64,000 nt of DNA from Octopus vulgaris (taxonomy: Eukaryota): positions 117,490,001-117,554,000 of the forward strand of contig OX597817.1 in assembly GCA_951406725.2 (NCBI GenBank), given 5' to 3'. The notes beneath the pieces are model-generated. The model did no database searches and was not told where the DNA came from. It saw only the letters and a list, made by a program, of their open reading frames with translations. The first letter of the stretch is position 1. Every line of letters begins with the position of its first letter. Made by a program: the position numbers and the translations under genes. Positions 13,304 through 27,244 of the stretch are shown here, piece by piece.

Positions 13304-14595
13304 CGAGGGGCGTTCAATAAGTAATGCCCCTGACCCAATTGCAGTTGTTTGATCTAGCCGAAATTTTGCATGTGCAATTATTTATATCTCTATAGATTAA
13401 GTGGCAAATTACAGCTCTGAACTAATTGTGGTTTCTGATTTACAGGTGTTTGAACTGAGTCAGGTGTGAAATGGAGCCTGTTGAGTGTCGAGCAGTGATC
13501 TGGTTTTTGTATTTGAAAGGACGCACACCACGGGAAACTTTTGATGAAATGAAAGTAACTTATGGTGATGATGCCCCATAATATGACCTTGTAAAACGCT
13601 GGCATCGTGAATTCAAACTTGGTCGGAACTCTGTAGAAACAGCTCCCGGATCTGGTCGCCCCCCTTCTGCCATTGATGAGGCATCTGTCCGTAAAGTTGA
13701 GGCTGCCATTTTGGAAGATCGACGCATAACTATTCGCCAAATATCCCATGAGGTCAAGATTAGTACCGGGTCTGTGGAAACTATCATTCATGACCATTTA
13801 CATATGCAAAAGGTGTCTGCCAGATGGATTCCCAGGTTGCTCACACCCTTCCAGAAGCAAGAACACGTTGAATGCTCGAGGATAAATTTGGAGATGTGCC
13901 AAGAAGATGAGTCAAAATATTTCAAAAGACTGATTACACAGGATGAAACCTGGGTCCATCACTATGATCCAGAGACCAAAGCTCAGTCAATCCAGTGGAA
14001 GCGCCGTGACTCACCTCCTCCAAAGAAGGCAAGGGTGCAGCCCTCCGCTGGCAAGGTCACGCTCACAGTCTTCAGGGACCAGGACGGAGTAGTGATGATA
14101 GATTTTCTGGCAAAGGGTACCACAATTACAGGAGTCTATTATGCTTCACTTTTGAGGAAATTAAGAGAAGCTATCAAAATCAAGAGGTGGGGCAAGATCA
14201 GCAAAGGCATCCTCCTCCTGCAGCACAACGCTCCGGTCCACAACTCGCGTGTCGCCAGATCAAAAGCACAGGCGTGCGGCTATGAACTTCTCCCCCATCC
14301 CCCTACTCTTCTGATCTTGCACCCTCTGATTTTCGCCTCTTCCCACCCATGAAGTTGTTTTTGAAAGGAAAGCGTTTACCAGATTATGCAGCCTTGATTT
14401 CTGAAGTCACGTCGTGGTTGGAGGACCAAGCTGGGGTCTTCTACAAAACCGGTATCCAGAGCTGCATCAAACGATGGGAGAAATGCGTAACTCTGGGTGG
14501 TTCCTATGTTGAAAAAGACTAATACCTGTGCCGAGTTTTGTTGTTCTACTACTATGGGAAGTGGGTCAGGGGCATTACTTATTGAACGCCCCTCT
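13304..14595 (+). mobile_element. Full-length mariner (Tc1/mariner, DD34D type) DNA transposon, 1292 bp
   Basis: 34-bp TIRs CGAGGGGCGTTCAATAAGTAATGCCCCTGACCCA (13304-13337) and the reverse complement at 14562-14595, with one terminal mismatch. TA TSDs at 13302-13303 and 14596-14597. Contains a transposase frame. Confidence 0.96.
13471..14522 (+). pseudogene. Mariner transposase pseudogene
   Basis: Starts MEPVECRAVIWFLYLKG at ATG 13471 with an in-frame TAA at 13579-13581. Mariner motifs ARWIPRLL and ITQDETWVHHYDPE are present. Second catalytic D appears as H (LLQHNAPVH). A frameshift near 14300 precedes YSSDLAPSDF; ends KRWEKCVTLGGSYVEKD* at 14522. Confidence 0.93.
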
Positions 14596-14889
14596 TATGT
14601 CTATGCACACGTGTGTGTGTATGCATCTATATATGTATGTATGGTATATATTTTTGTCCAAGGTGTGACATTTAACTGAATCCAATGGTGTGACTCTAGT
14701 TCAGAAGTTCAGGAGTTGTAGGGAGTGTGAAGTCACCCCTTAATTGCTATTACTGCCAGGTCCAATCTCACCTGGAATGGTAGTACCTGTCAAGGACTCA
14801 TCTATGGGTTAAATAAATACAGTAAAGAAAGGTCAAGTTGTTTTTGAGAAAACAGTATGGAAATAAGCTCTTCTACATACATATACACA

Positions 14890-15450
14890 CACACACACAA
14901 TTAAAACAGTGCAGTCGTCTTGCAATGCTTGTTATTGGAACCTACTATGGCAAAAAGGATGTACAAATGTGTCATGCAAGCTTCTGTCACTTAAATCCAA
15001 TGACATACAGATGTCTCACTATCATTTCATTTCTTAGTCTGTTTGGTATTTTATAAAATTCTATGGTGATAGATGCATGGCATGATAAGTCATATCTACA
15101 CACAGGCAACGATCAAAGTAAATCAGAACAATCAGGCTGAATGTTAGAGGGCTATCTTGTGTCAAGATGAGACTATCATTATATAATGTATGAAAATAAT
15201 AGGATTCCAAAGAAACTGTTCTACAGTGGCCTGGTCATTGGAAAGCATCCTCTGCACAGACTACAAAAGTGGTACAAAGACTGTAAACCAGGTAACCGGA
15301 AGGAATTTCAAATCTTTTTGAAGAATTTGAAAGAACTAGATTTGGAAAGAGTTGAGTGGTGAAAGCATATAGAGGAATGTAGTACAACTCTTGAAGAGGG
15401 TTGCCTGCAGCATGCAAGCATGAAGCACAAACTTTGGAGTTGCTTTGTTT
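14890..15450 (+). mobile_element. Decayed RTE LINE C-terminal fragment
   Basis: Residual ENNRIPKKLFYSGLVIGKHPLHRLQKWYKD, resembling the RTE motif RxPKxLFYGxLxxGKRxxGxxxKRYKD. Confidence 0.55.
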
Positions 15451-16654
15451 ATTGACACAAAAAAAATGTCTTCTCTTTTCCATTTTTTACCACCACTAAT
15501 TCAAGACAACATTATTAAGTGGGTGAAGTGGAAAATGAGCCATTAAAAGAGTGAATCACAGTAAGAAGATATTAGGTGAAAGTGTACAAGTGAAAGCAGT
15601 ATAAGGAGGTGAGAGGGGAAAGATTAATAATGTATATAGCACTAGACAGTTATATGTTGGTTGTTGGTTAAAAATTGAATAGAAAACAACTGAACAACAT
15701 GATAGATAAAGAGGTAATAGTAGGAAAGAGATAGGGTTATGAAATCAGTAATAATTAATACAGACATGATAAACAAACAATTCCAGGAGGGTCCTTAGGG
15801 AAACCTCTTGTGCAATGAAAATTTGTTTGGAAACTAATGCCTTCAAGCTAATTTCATTACAAAGGAGAAAGGTGACCACACACATTCAGCCTGTGTGCTT
15901 AAAGATATAGTCTGTGTAAACTTGTTCATAGTATTTGTGCAAAGTCAAGTTTATGTTCTTAAACACAATGTTAATAAAATGCATAGATTTTCCCATCTAA
16001 TATGGTTTTATGTTTATTTTTGCATTTCATTGATTTGTGTATTTACGAACTTGATTTTGAATAATTTTGGTCACACATTATCACCAGTTTTATACATAAG
16101 ATGCATGGTGAAGAGTGAGGATCCAAACAGTAACCTGTCTGTTCATTCTTAATAGATTCACGTGGATTCAAACATGAATTTCTGATCACTGTTGTCTTTT
16201 TCCTTGGAGAATCATTTACAATCAACAACAATAAAAGCAAAAGCATTTGTTTAAAAGCTTCCTGTTTGTTTTCTTCAAGTTCTTTTATACCAAACTTTTC
16301 TCTGTTAACCCTTTCATACCACCTGTTCTCTATCTTACTGTATTGTTAGTTATTATCTAATCTAATTATATTCACCTTCTTTTTCCTATCTATAGCTTTC
16401 TCTACTAAGCATCGTTTCTGAATGGCATTGGCCAATTATTCATTCATGCAATCTACATCATCAACAATCTGTTTTCATATTTTAATATAATATGTGGGGT
16501 TTTTTTTGTGTCTGCTGTTGTTTAGCCCAAAATCAACTTTAATTCAATAGACAGGTAATCAAGAATTTTCCACCATGACCATCTCCTCTTTTTTTTGAGC
16601 ACAGTGAATATTAGATTGCATTATTAGTGGAATTAATAACTCTTTTATGTGAGT

Positions 16655-16938
16655 GCTTGAAAGCATATGGCTCAGTGCTTGGGTGTTTGGCTCATGATCA
16701 TACAGTTGTGAGTTCAATTCTCAGACCAAGCTGTGTGTTTTGTTTCCTTGGACAAGACACAATATTTCATGTTGCTCCAGTTCACTCAGCAGTAGAAAGG
16801 AGTTGTGATGTCACTGGTACCAAGTTGGTATGCATAGGTGACTGTTGGTCTTTCATAAACAATCTTGACTGGACTTGTGTCTTGAAGGGAAACTTTCTAG
16901 GTGCAATCCCATAATCACTCATGACCAATGGGGGTCTG
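16655..16938 (+). mobile_element. SINE family A, diverged and internally deleted copy
   Basis: Colinear similarity to 1680-2019. Confidence 0.75.
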
Positions 16939-17525
16939 GTAAATCAAGAGCTGAGTTCCCAATAAATCATTTGCTTGTCAATTCATGACATTGGTTTCAT
17001 AATACTGACTTCCTTTGCATTTCATTCTTCAAAGGATAGAGGATTAGTAGAATTGATAGGGCATATGACAAAATGCCATTGCAATCTTTATTTCAGTACT
17101 TTACATTTTGAGTTCATATCCCACTGAAATCAACTTTATCTTTTATCCTCCTTTGATAAAATAAATTATTAGTCAAAGTACTAAGACGCAGTCTTCTCTT
17201 CTCATTTTCCAGTAATCAAACCTTTAAGACACCACCAGATCAAGGGTACAAAATTTGAGAAGACATTAATATTTGCTCACAACCACATTGACACCACAAA
17301 TAGATGTAAAAGGATGGTGCCTGCAGCTACCAAATGATATTCAATTGTGAGTGATAGATGAGTCAGAAATGATATAGTAGATAGTATACATAAAAGATAT
17401 ACAATGAGAGAAATTTAGAACAGCCTAAATTTATGAACAGGTACATAGGAATTGAGAAAATTTAAAATAGTAAACTATTTGTTTTGGAAGTGAATATTTT
17501 CTTTCTTTCTTTTTCTCTCCTTCTG

Positions 17526-17589
<64 letters not shown>

Positions 17590-19197
17590 TTTCTCTCTTT
17601 CTGTCTTTCTTTCTTTCTTTCTTGTCGACTTCATTTGCTTAGGCAATGAGTTAACAAAGTTCCATCATTTCAAATATTTCTTTGAGAAAACGAAGGAAAT
17701 GTATTCTATTTTCGGTATTAATAAAACATTCGCTTAAATCAATTGATTCATTATAGGCATAATATATTCTGTGACCATCATTAACCTATACAACATTTTT
17801 TTCTTGGGGGGAGCTAATAATATTTACTTTGAGTTCTGCAAATATACCATTTAACATTTTTATCATAAATTAGGGGCGTTCAAATTAAAGAGAAAATTAT
17901 TAAAATTGAAAAAAGAAAGAAATCTTTAGAGGCATTACTAAATTATTCTCCCCTAAACATTTAACTCTGCTTAATCACCCAAAAAGTAAAAGGGAAAATA
18001 ATAATAAAAAAAAAAGAAACTCAGTCTAATCACTATTATTCTTTGAATGTGCTAAATTTTGTGTCTGGCAGTGATTTTCACATTCTACTGGCATTGCATT
18101 TTTTTTTTATTATATTTAATCAGTGAATAAAAATCAAGTGGCCAAAAGAAAGAATTGTGGTTATTTGAATAAAAGTTAAAAAAGTAGAAATTGTATATAA
18201 GAGTATTAACTTCTTTAAAACAAAGATACTGATAATATTTTTGAGAGAACTTTTCACAGAACAAAAATTCACTAAAATGGAATATTTGTAATTAATTTAA
18301 AAATGACAAAAACTATTTCACCTATTATTAGGTGACCATAATTTTCTCTCAGTTAAGTTATATATTTTGTGTTTCTTTATAGGGTGCAGAAAAAGGCATA
18401 AGGATTGCAGAATAGTTAGAACAACTGAAAAATATGGCTTGCAGTAGCTGTTTCAGCAGTTTATATTCTGAACTGAAGCCCTACTCAGGTCAACTTCTGT
18501 AGTTGATAAACTAGAGTGCCAATGAATTATTGGGGCTGATTTAAATGAACTTCTTTCCATCAAATGTCTAACTTTGCACCTAAATTAGAAATATTTACTA
18601 TATGTAGAAATATGCTGATATACTAGAATTAAGCAAAGATATTGCAAGAAAATACGTTTGAGCAATATTTGTTTGCAGAAACAATAGAAAGTTTATTTAA
18701 TTCATTTAACTTATATGTTAATTAAAGGCACTTATAAATTCGCATAATTTTACTGACTAGGAATTAAATATTATTTGAGAATAATGATAAATATTTTTTA
18801 AAACCCAGTAAAATTAATTAGCTTACAGAAAATGCTTTTAAATATTATTTTAATTTTAATCGGTATGTGATAATCTACCAAGGTATACAAACCAGTTGTC
18901 TCACTAGCGCAAGGTTTTCAGCTACATTGAAGATGATGTGGTGATAGAATGACATGTTGTGATGGACCTGTATAAGCTAAGAGACAAATTTGAAAAGTAT
19001 GGAAGGAAGGTGATAGTATAGAACATTATTAACTCAATAGAAAAGTAACTGGACATCAGCTAGGGTGAAGTAGAACAGAAGAAATTTTAACATGAGCTAC
19101 GATGTGAGGATCAGAAATGAGAGATATTTGAGATTGCAAGATGGTATGTTACAATGAACAGTGATGTCATTAGGGTGAAGTGCATCTGAAATAATGA

Positions 19198-19419
19198 TTT
19201 CAAATTTTGGCACAAAGCCAGCAATTTTGGGGAAGGGGTATTGATTATTATTTGCTGATTACATGGATCCCAGTACTCAGCTGCTACTTATTTTATCGAC
19301 CCTTAAAGGATGAAAGGTAAAGTTAACCTTGATGGAATTTGAACTCAGAAAGTGAAGAAAGACAAAATACTGCTGAGCGTTCTGCCTGACATGTTAATGA
19401 TTCTGACAGCTCACCACCT
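19198..19419 (-). mobile_element. SINE family C inserted into an RTE relic
   Basis: Reverse-complement match to the 21.3-kb unit. ~20-bp TSD at 19178-19197 and 19420-19439 with 2 mismatches. Confidence 0.82.
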
Positions 19420-19479
19420 AAGTACATCTGGAATAATGACAGTATGCTTGCCATTGTTGCGGATGACACAAACTAAATT

Positions 19480-19657
19480 AAATCATAAACTTGCTGATAA
19501 TATTGGTCAACTTGAATTGTTAGTCTCTATTTCAGGTCAGTAAGATGTAGTCCCTTTATGTTCCATGCATCAGTATTTCATAATAGTACCTCCATAAATT
19601 CCATATCTCTTCCTTGCCTCAGCATTACGGTAATGGCGTATGCCACTGTTTCAGATG
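19480..19657 (+). repeat. 178-bp dispersed duplicate of 21716-21893
   Basis: Only 2 mismatches seen between the copies. Confidence 0.92.
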
Positions 19658-21265
19658 CACTGTCATCATTTATATGCATTTCTCCCTTATTATTAGAGGC
19701 AGCTAAAAGTGAGAATGCCTGTACAAAGTGGGACTACATCATACTGACCCTGCAGAAGAACTAGCAATTCATGTTGATAGCAGTGTGGTAGATAATACCA
19801 TGAGATACAGTTACTGAAATGCTCAAAGTATCTGGGGAAACTAAATACATGATCATTACTCAGATAGTTGGTTGTTAGTACAGAAAGGTGTCATGCACAA
19901 TGATTGACATAGCAATATCATTGAAAACTGCTACAAAGGCAATGAAGATGCTTCACAGAGGGAAAAATTATTGAGATATCAAATTGTTGAATCAGATTAT
20001 AAAGATTATAGAGATAGTGATAGCACAACTGATGAGGAACGGTGTTAGTTTTGATGAAATGCAATTTGGCTTCATAATCTGAAGAAGCACCAAAGATGTA
20101 ATTCCTGCAGCAGAAATAACTGGCTTAAAGTAAACCACTATACCTTGCATTTGTTGATTCACTGAGAACATTTAATAGGATGCCATGTTCTGTAATTTGT
20201 TGGTCACTATGAAATGAGGAAATGAAGTGAGAATTGTTCAAGATACACACGATGGTGCAGTAAATAAAGCAGGAATCAAGGACAACTTCAGCAACAGATT
20301 TATTGTGAAGGTAGGAGTTCATCTGCTCAGTCTTCAGTCCTTTCTGAATCACAGATTTTAAGGCTTGCTGTCCATAGTAACATGTAAAAGAAAATGAACA
20401 CAATACACCCTGTGAATTGATTAGTACTAGAAAGGGCATTCAGCTGCAAAACTGAAACCAAGTCACAAAAACAAGCATCTAAACTTTGGTTGTTGTAGCT
20501 CCCAATGGTAAATGACTTGGTGTGTATCAACTCATACAACTCGTGCCAGTTAGAAAAGCAGATGTAAAGCGATGTCAATGATGATGATAAAGATGAGAAA
20601 AAATTTGTTTGCAGTAAAACTCTTAAGGTGATTGCTAGAAAAAGGGAAAACAAATATTGGGATAAACAATGGAGAAAAATAATAAGAAAACTGATAGAAT
20701 AATACAAGGAAATAATTCAATTCAGCTGCAAATGACTCACCCCAGAGGGAATTTGCAAAGTACAGATGGAAGCCACTTGTAAGCTTGTTCTGAGTGATTG
20801 CAAATATTTAAGATGACTCCAAGAGAAAAATGTAATTCCACTTTAGTTTGCAAATGTTACTTGCTTTTAAAGAGTATCAGAAAGCTTTTTAGGTATCTAC
20901 TTGTAATAACTAACCTTTTTATCTAGTAGTTTTGACTATTTGATGATACAATTGTTGGAACAATATCCTACATATTATACATCAATGATCTTTTAATAAA
21001 CAAAAGTGAATGTGAGCACATATGTTTCATCATCATAATCATCATCATTTGACATCAGTTTTTCCATGCAGGCATGTTTGTGGAATTAAATCAATTGGTG
21101 ATTCTGATAACTTAGGAAGCAGTAGTTAAATTAGCATTAATATATTCAGGATTTGAAAGTTAATTAGAAATAATTATACTCTGATTATTTTAATTATTAT
21201 TTGAATTATACCAGCATATGCAGGAGAAAAATAAAGATATGTTTTGTATATATTAGACACATAAG

Positions 21266-21696
21266 AAGGCAGTGAGCTGGCAGAAGCTTTAGCATGCCGG
21301 CCGAAATGCTTAGCAGTAGTTCGTCTGCCGTTACATTCTGAGTTCAATTTCTGCTGAGGTCAACTTTGCCTTTCATCCTTTCAGGGTCAATCAATTAAGT
21401 ACCAGTTACACACTGGGGTTGATGTTATCGACTTATTCCCTTTGTTTGTCCTTGTTTGTCCCCTCTATGTTTATCCCCTTTTGGGCAATAAAGAAATTAG
21501 AAACGTTAGCATGCTGGAAGAAATGCTTAGCAGTATTTCACCCATTGCTACATTCTGAATTCAGATTCCACTGAGGTTGACTGTACCTTTCACCCTTTGG
21601 GGATTGATACATTAAGTACCAGTGAAACACAGGAGTCGATGTAATCGACTAGTCCCCTCCCTGAAAATTTCAAACCTTGTGTCTATAGTAGAAAGG
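21266..21696 (+). mobile_element. Dimeric SINE family C
   Basis: Two tandem units (21266-~21495 and ~21498-21696), each with GAAATGCTTAGCAGTA...TTCTGA.TTCA and CTTTCA.CCTTT.GGG..GAT...TTAAGTACCAG. Perfect 18-bp TSD ATATATTAGACACATAAG at 21248-21265 and 21697-21714. Confidence 0.88.
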
Positions 21697-21715
21697 ATAT
21701 ATTAGACACATAAGC

Positions 21716-22280
21716 AAATCATAAACTTGCTGATAATACTGGTCAACTTGAATTGTTAGTCTCTATTTCAGGTCAGTAAGATGTAGTCCCTTTATGTTCC
21801 ATGCATTAGTATTTCATAATAGTACCTCCATAAATTCCATATCTCTTCCTTGCCTCAGCATTACGGTAATGGCGTATGCCACTGTTTCAGATGTCTCCCT
21901 AATGACATATATATTTTTGCTAACATTCCATTCTTATAATCCTGAATATCTTTTACCTCTGATCCTTATATTGTAGAACATCTGAAAACTTTTTCTATTC
22001 CACTTCTCCCCAGATAATATATCTGATACCTAGCTTCCTTGATAATGTTATCTTCTGTCACCTTCCTTCCATAATTTTCAAGTCCATCACTGTACTTGAT
22101 GGAGCATTGATGAATGAATCAGTAGGGAGATGCATAATTGTTTCTCTAAAATTACCTTTTAAATATCTTCTTCAAAGTGATTACAACTGTGGTGCATTTC
22201 CCCACTCCATGTTTAGAATTTTCTGTTCCTATAAATTTTGGAAGGTGTTCAGTTTTCAGTTCTTCCTGCCAATAACAGCA
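21716..22280 (-). mobile_element. Decayed RTE-like LINE fragment
   Basis: Reverse-complement resemblance to the 18.9-19.5-kb part of the RTE relic. Confidence 0.45.
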
Positions 22281-25200
22281 ATGTAATTGAGAAGTTTTCA
22301 TCCTCTATCAAAGTGTGGAAGTTTCCAAAATATATTTAGCAATTTTTATATCCACAGCCCTAAACATATTAACACTCAACAGACTCGTATTTTTCTTGTG
22401 GAGAAAATTGTTGAATTGTTTATTTTTTCAATATCAAGGGCATCAATCATAAAAACTTCAGACAAAAATGTGAAATACAGCAATACTAACTGGTGGGTTT
22501 GACTCTTAATCATGTATATCATACAATGAAGGATTGGGATAGATATATTCAACATATTATAATATAGCAAAATGGATATAAAATGATGATGATAACAACA
22601 ATGATGACATTGATGCGAATGATGATGATGATGACGACGACTTAATATATATCTGTATGTGTGTGTTTGTCTGTAGCATTAAAATATTGATATTGTTAAA
22701 TGACTTACCAGTCTCGTTGCTTACTGGGACATCAACATAACGATGTAAATATATCAATAATATCAAGTGTTATAGGAATTTTCAAACAGTTTTTATTTGT
22801 AGAATTTTGACTTTTTAAAGTAATAGACTTTTGCTTTCCTTACCTCAGTCTAGGATTTACATATCTATTTTTTATATGTTAATGTGTCTTCACAGTACAT
22901 TAAACATTGTTGTGGATATTATTGAGAAAACAACAAAAGAACAATGAAAGAATAGAAAAAAATTAAATTTCCAAACATTAGGTTTTTTGGAAACAGTTAA
23001 GTTCATATTATTCTAATAGTCTTTGCCCAGTTGGTTTGAAAATTAGAATTATGATAACTTGCAAATGTTATAACATTTTCTTCAGATCATTTGAACAGAT
23101 TAGACAAATTTCAAATATTCTAGTTATAAACATAACAATGTAGATTAGTTAGATAGCAAAGAATTGGAAAATTCCTTCTTGAAACATTTAAACATTTAAT
23201 AAGTTCTGACAGTTAATATCTTAAGGTCATGACTCTGAAATTTTCTATTAATATTTATCACTCAAAAGCACTATTTATTGTGTTTGTATATAACTTGAGC
23301 AAAATGAAATACAGCTTGTCATTAATTTGTGAGTGTGAGAATAAATTTAAATTCAACATGTGACCACTACAGCAACTTTTCTGATTTGTATCTAATTCCC
23401 ATAATGAACCAGACAAAATATATTGTGATATGAAAAAAATAAATACATAGAATAAAACTTTTCAATCAAATTATTGGCAGTCTCTCCATACCTTTACTAA
23501 GATAAATATGAAATCACTGTTTCTTGATAGAGGCCAAATGTAGCTATGGGGCTACAGACATTTGAGAAATATACATATATACTATTGCTTATATTGGGAA
23601 TTATATATAGAGAGAGAAATGAGATAAATGATAAAGGTTCCTTGATGCAATTTCAAATTATAGCTATTCAGATATCTGTTATTGATACAAAGTATTTATG
23701 AATTTTCTCAAGTTATTAATACTTGGCAATACCAATATTTCATTAGAGTAACAGCCACTTTGCTATAAATGAACATTTTAAATGTCCAAATTTGAGATAT
23801 GATTGTAGATGTATTTTAGGAAACACAGAATTCTAAATTAAAATGTTATTACTCGCTGGGCAGCTTAGAAATCATGTTAGATAGAAACTAATTTAAATAG
23901 TTTGCAAAAATTACCTGCCTACTTTTTATATAAACACCTCAAGCTGTCTCATTTTGTAAGTAGTGTCCTGCAATACATAAGAGAAATAGGAATTCTTGAC
24001 ACAATCTAAGGCAAGTTTTCTAACTATATTTTAGTTTAGTAAAACAGACAACTAATTTTATATTTTATATTTAATGCTCTTTGGTTGAAATGTAACTGAA
24101 AATTTACTAATTCATTAAGTTCTATTTAGTTCACATTTAAAAGAAGGCTATCTCACAGATTGGCAAGAAATTCTTACTGACACAGTCTATAACGTCTACT
24201 CCATTGAGACATTTTCTATTTTTTACTCAGCTTTATTGTACTACTTTTGCTAAACTAAGTGTTAGTCATCTACAACCAGATCCTCTCAATACATCTCTCA
24301 TTCTCTCCTCTTTTTGTCCCATCAACTAGACCTTGCTTGTATCTTCAGTCCCTGTATTTACCATTACACCCACCTGTTCCTCCTCATATGCTGGAATTAA
24401 CTTTCTAGGTGACAGACTAAGTCTATTAACTAAAATTATGGAGCACTTACTCCAAAGAACTTCCATAAAATTTCTGCCTGCTTAATTTTACTGATAATCT
24501 TTGGTTAATCAAAGGATATGGTTGAAGAAGACAAGGACATGTCAACTGCACAAGTTCTAAGCCATGGGACTGACTTCAGAGCTGCTTGGTTGCAAACATC
24601 TTAATCAATGCCTGCAATCAATTTTGGGCTCTGCAAAGCAGACAAATTTCCTACATTTCACATATCAAATAATCTGTATTCTAATTTGGGTAGGGAATCT
24701 ACTTCTTTGCGATTTTTGTTGTCAAAGCTGTTCTGATGATTAAACATTTTAATCTGATAAATGAAAATACTGATATAATTTTCTATATTTGTATAGATAT
24801 TTCAATCCTACTGCAATATGTTGATGTTCATATTGTCTTTCAGCTCAGTCAAAACTATATGTTTTACACAATTTTTAATGAAAAATACATTTAATGCAGT
24901 CTTGCCTTATTTTTATTCTCTCTGTGCAAGTTTACTGCATTTGACCACTATGTATTTTATGTTATCCCCTTTTCCATCACAACCTCCCTAAACAGCACTA
25001 TTTATTGAATATTGTTTGGGTTGTGACATATCAAGTAATAGTTTTATTTTTTATAATTGATTGTTCTTATGATATGCAGAGTAACAGTTCATTGCATAAC
25101 CTAGGATTTGATTTTCACATACACCCACATGTCACTTGTTTACCTATGCTGCTGCTCATTTCTTTGACAAAATGTCTTATAATACACTGCTGTTCCATAC

Positions 25201-25919
25201 CAACATGTCTCTTTTCACTTTATTTTGATGCTCATCATTCTCTTCAATGCAATCTGCAGTTTCTATCATGTTAGAGAATTTTTCACTAACCAACACATTT
25301 TTGAATAATTAGTTTCATGCAATCATATATTTTTCCATTCACCTTTTATACTGTTTCATATCTGGTTAAAATTCAATTCTTCCTTTATGTTTCCTTGGAG
25401 ATAAAGACTTCGAATTCCACTTTCAAGTGGAATATTTTATATATTTTCATTAATTTCTGTACCTTACTTGCTCACTTTTGGAGTTTTCTTTTACGTTTGA
25501 ATATTCCTATGCCATAGTGCATTGCTTATACCATAATGTGCTTATTACTAATACCATACCCCTTCTACATGAATTAACATAAGTTTTTATGTTCTCTGAT
25601 CTTATTTTCCAGATAGGTTTCCGTTTCAATTTTCCGGACAGTCTCTATTTTATTCTTTAGCATTTGTGTCCCCTTCTCCTCAAAGACCATTATTACATCA
25701 CTGTCAGATAGCCCTACCACATATCATCTTTCTCAATTTGTTATAAGTATCCCACATTTTTTATTCCTAATTCCATTTCTCTGTCTTTACTAAATAAATG
25801 AAGTGTTTCTACCGAAGAATGTGTAGCTGGGACTTGAAACACAAACTACTATCTATCTAGTCAAACACCACCACCAAACCACAATAGTTTCATATGATTG
25901 GTCTATTAAGAAACGAATT

Positions 25920-26800
25920 AGTGCCAAGCTGTGGCATGATTTAATCTTCTAGGATCTTCTTGTACATTGTAAAAGACCACTTTTGGTGGCAATTAATTAC
26001 AGAATGTTGTAGGCAGCTGAGCAATACGAGCCTCCATTCTTGACAGGCAGATGCCAAACACAGATGACCTAGGGGAAATGACCAAGGACCTCAGTCACTA
26101 CAAAGATAGTATAATTGATTTCAGATATGTTGGATCAACTGCATGTCGCCATGCCAATAGTTTTCTCTTATCTTAGAATAGTATCTCTCTCCCAGTCTGT
26201 AATTACTGGTGTGGTTACCTGTAAATGGTCAATGCAGATTGTCTTTATGTCTGACAATAAAAACTTTCATTAAATGTTCACAAGTGTTGTTCAGTTACTT
26301 CTTCACACAGCCAAGAAGAATACTCTTAACTAATTTTACCATGGCACAGTGAACGACCAGCACTCCTAGTGACAAATGTATTTAATTTCCATTCTTCCCC
26401 AAAGAAAGAATTTGTAATGATCCATATTTTTGCTCACCCCATTACCTCACTCTAACTGATCATAAGATGTGTCTAAGTGTGCATTCAGAAAATCCTTGTC
26501 TCAAACAATAATCAATAGTGCTGGAAGTGAAGTGTAGCGAAGGTAAAGTCTCAAATTAGTGGATATCTAAGACACATCCCGAGCAAGGAAACAGCATTTC
26601 TTCAGAAGTATGGAAGCAGTCTTGCAAATTTTCTGTCCTGTTAAAACCTGAGGTAAACTGTAAAAGCACCCTAGACACAATCTTGGTTTGTGTGGAGTTG
26701 GTCAAAGAAAAAGGATATAAAATCATCCACAGTCATAGTCAGTTGTTCAGCTGGGGCAGATATATTTCCTAAATGCTTCAAGGCAGAATCCATACCTGAT
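25920..26800 (-). mobile_element. Highly decayed LINE (RTE-like RT) fragment
   Basis: Faint remnants (MEARIAQLP; LQDCFHTSEEM region), higher GC than the flanks, no open frame. Confidence 0.35.
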
Positions 26801-27244
26801 CATCCAGGTCATATTTAGACAGAAATCTTAGGTCAGTGGATGACCTAAAGATGGGCTGCAGCAAATATTCTGCTCAATACCATAGATTTGCTTGTCAGTT
26901 GCTTGACCGTAATTATTGTGATTATTATTGTTGTTGTTGTTATTATCAAGATGATAAGATGGCAGAATTGTTACTGTGCTGGACAAAATTCTTAGCAGCA
27001 TTTAATCCATCTTTATGTTTTGAGCTCAAATTCTGCTGAGGTTCAATTTCCCTTTTATCCGTTTCGGGGTCAATTAAATAAGTAGAAGTTGAGCACAGGA
27101 GTCGATGTAATCCTCTGCCAAACTTGCTGGCTTGTGCCAGAATTTTAAAGCAATAGTATTCTTATTCCATATATGCATGCACAACAGGTTAATCTGAAAC
27201 GAAAAATTCCTAATATCGGGCTACAGTAAGTAACCTTAGATTCC

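Larger units (their letters stand above)
18900..20590 (+). mobile_element. Decayed RTE-clade LINE (RT domain plus 3' end)
   Basis: Frameshifted RT motifs: IKLLNQIIKIIE..IA.L.R..V.FDEMQFGF and KPLYLAFVD...FNRMP.SVI.WSL. (GAT)n tail at ~20578-20590. Confidence 0.7.

Noticed and set aside
13390-13797. Antisense ORFs inside the mariner
   Set aside because: Shadow frames of the transposase coding sequence.
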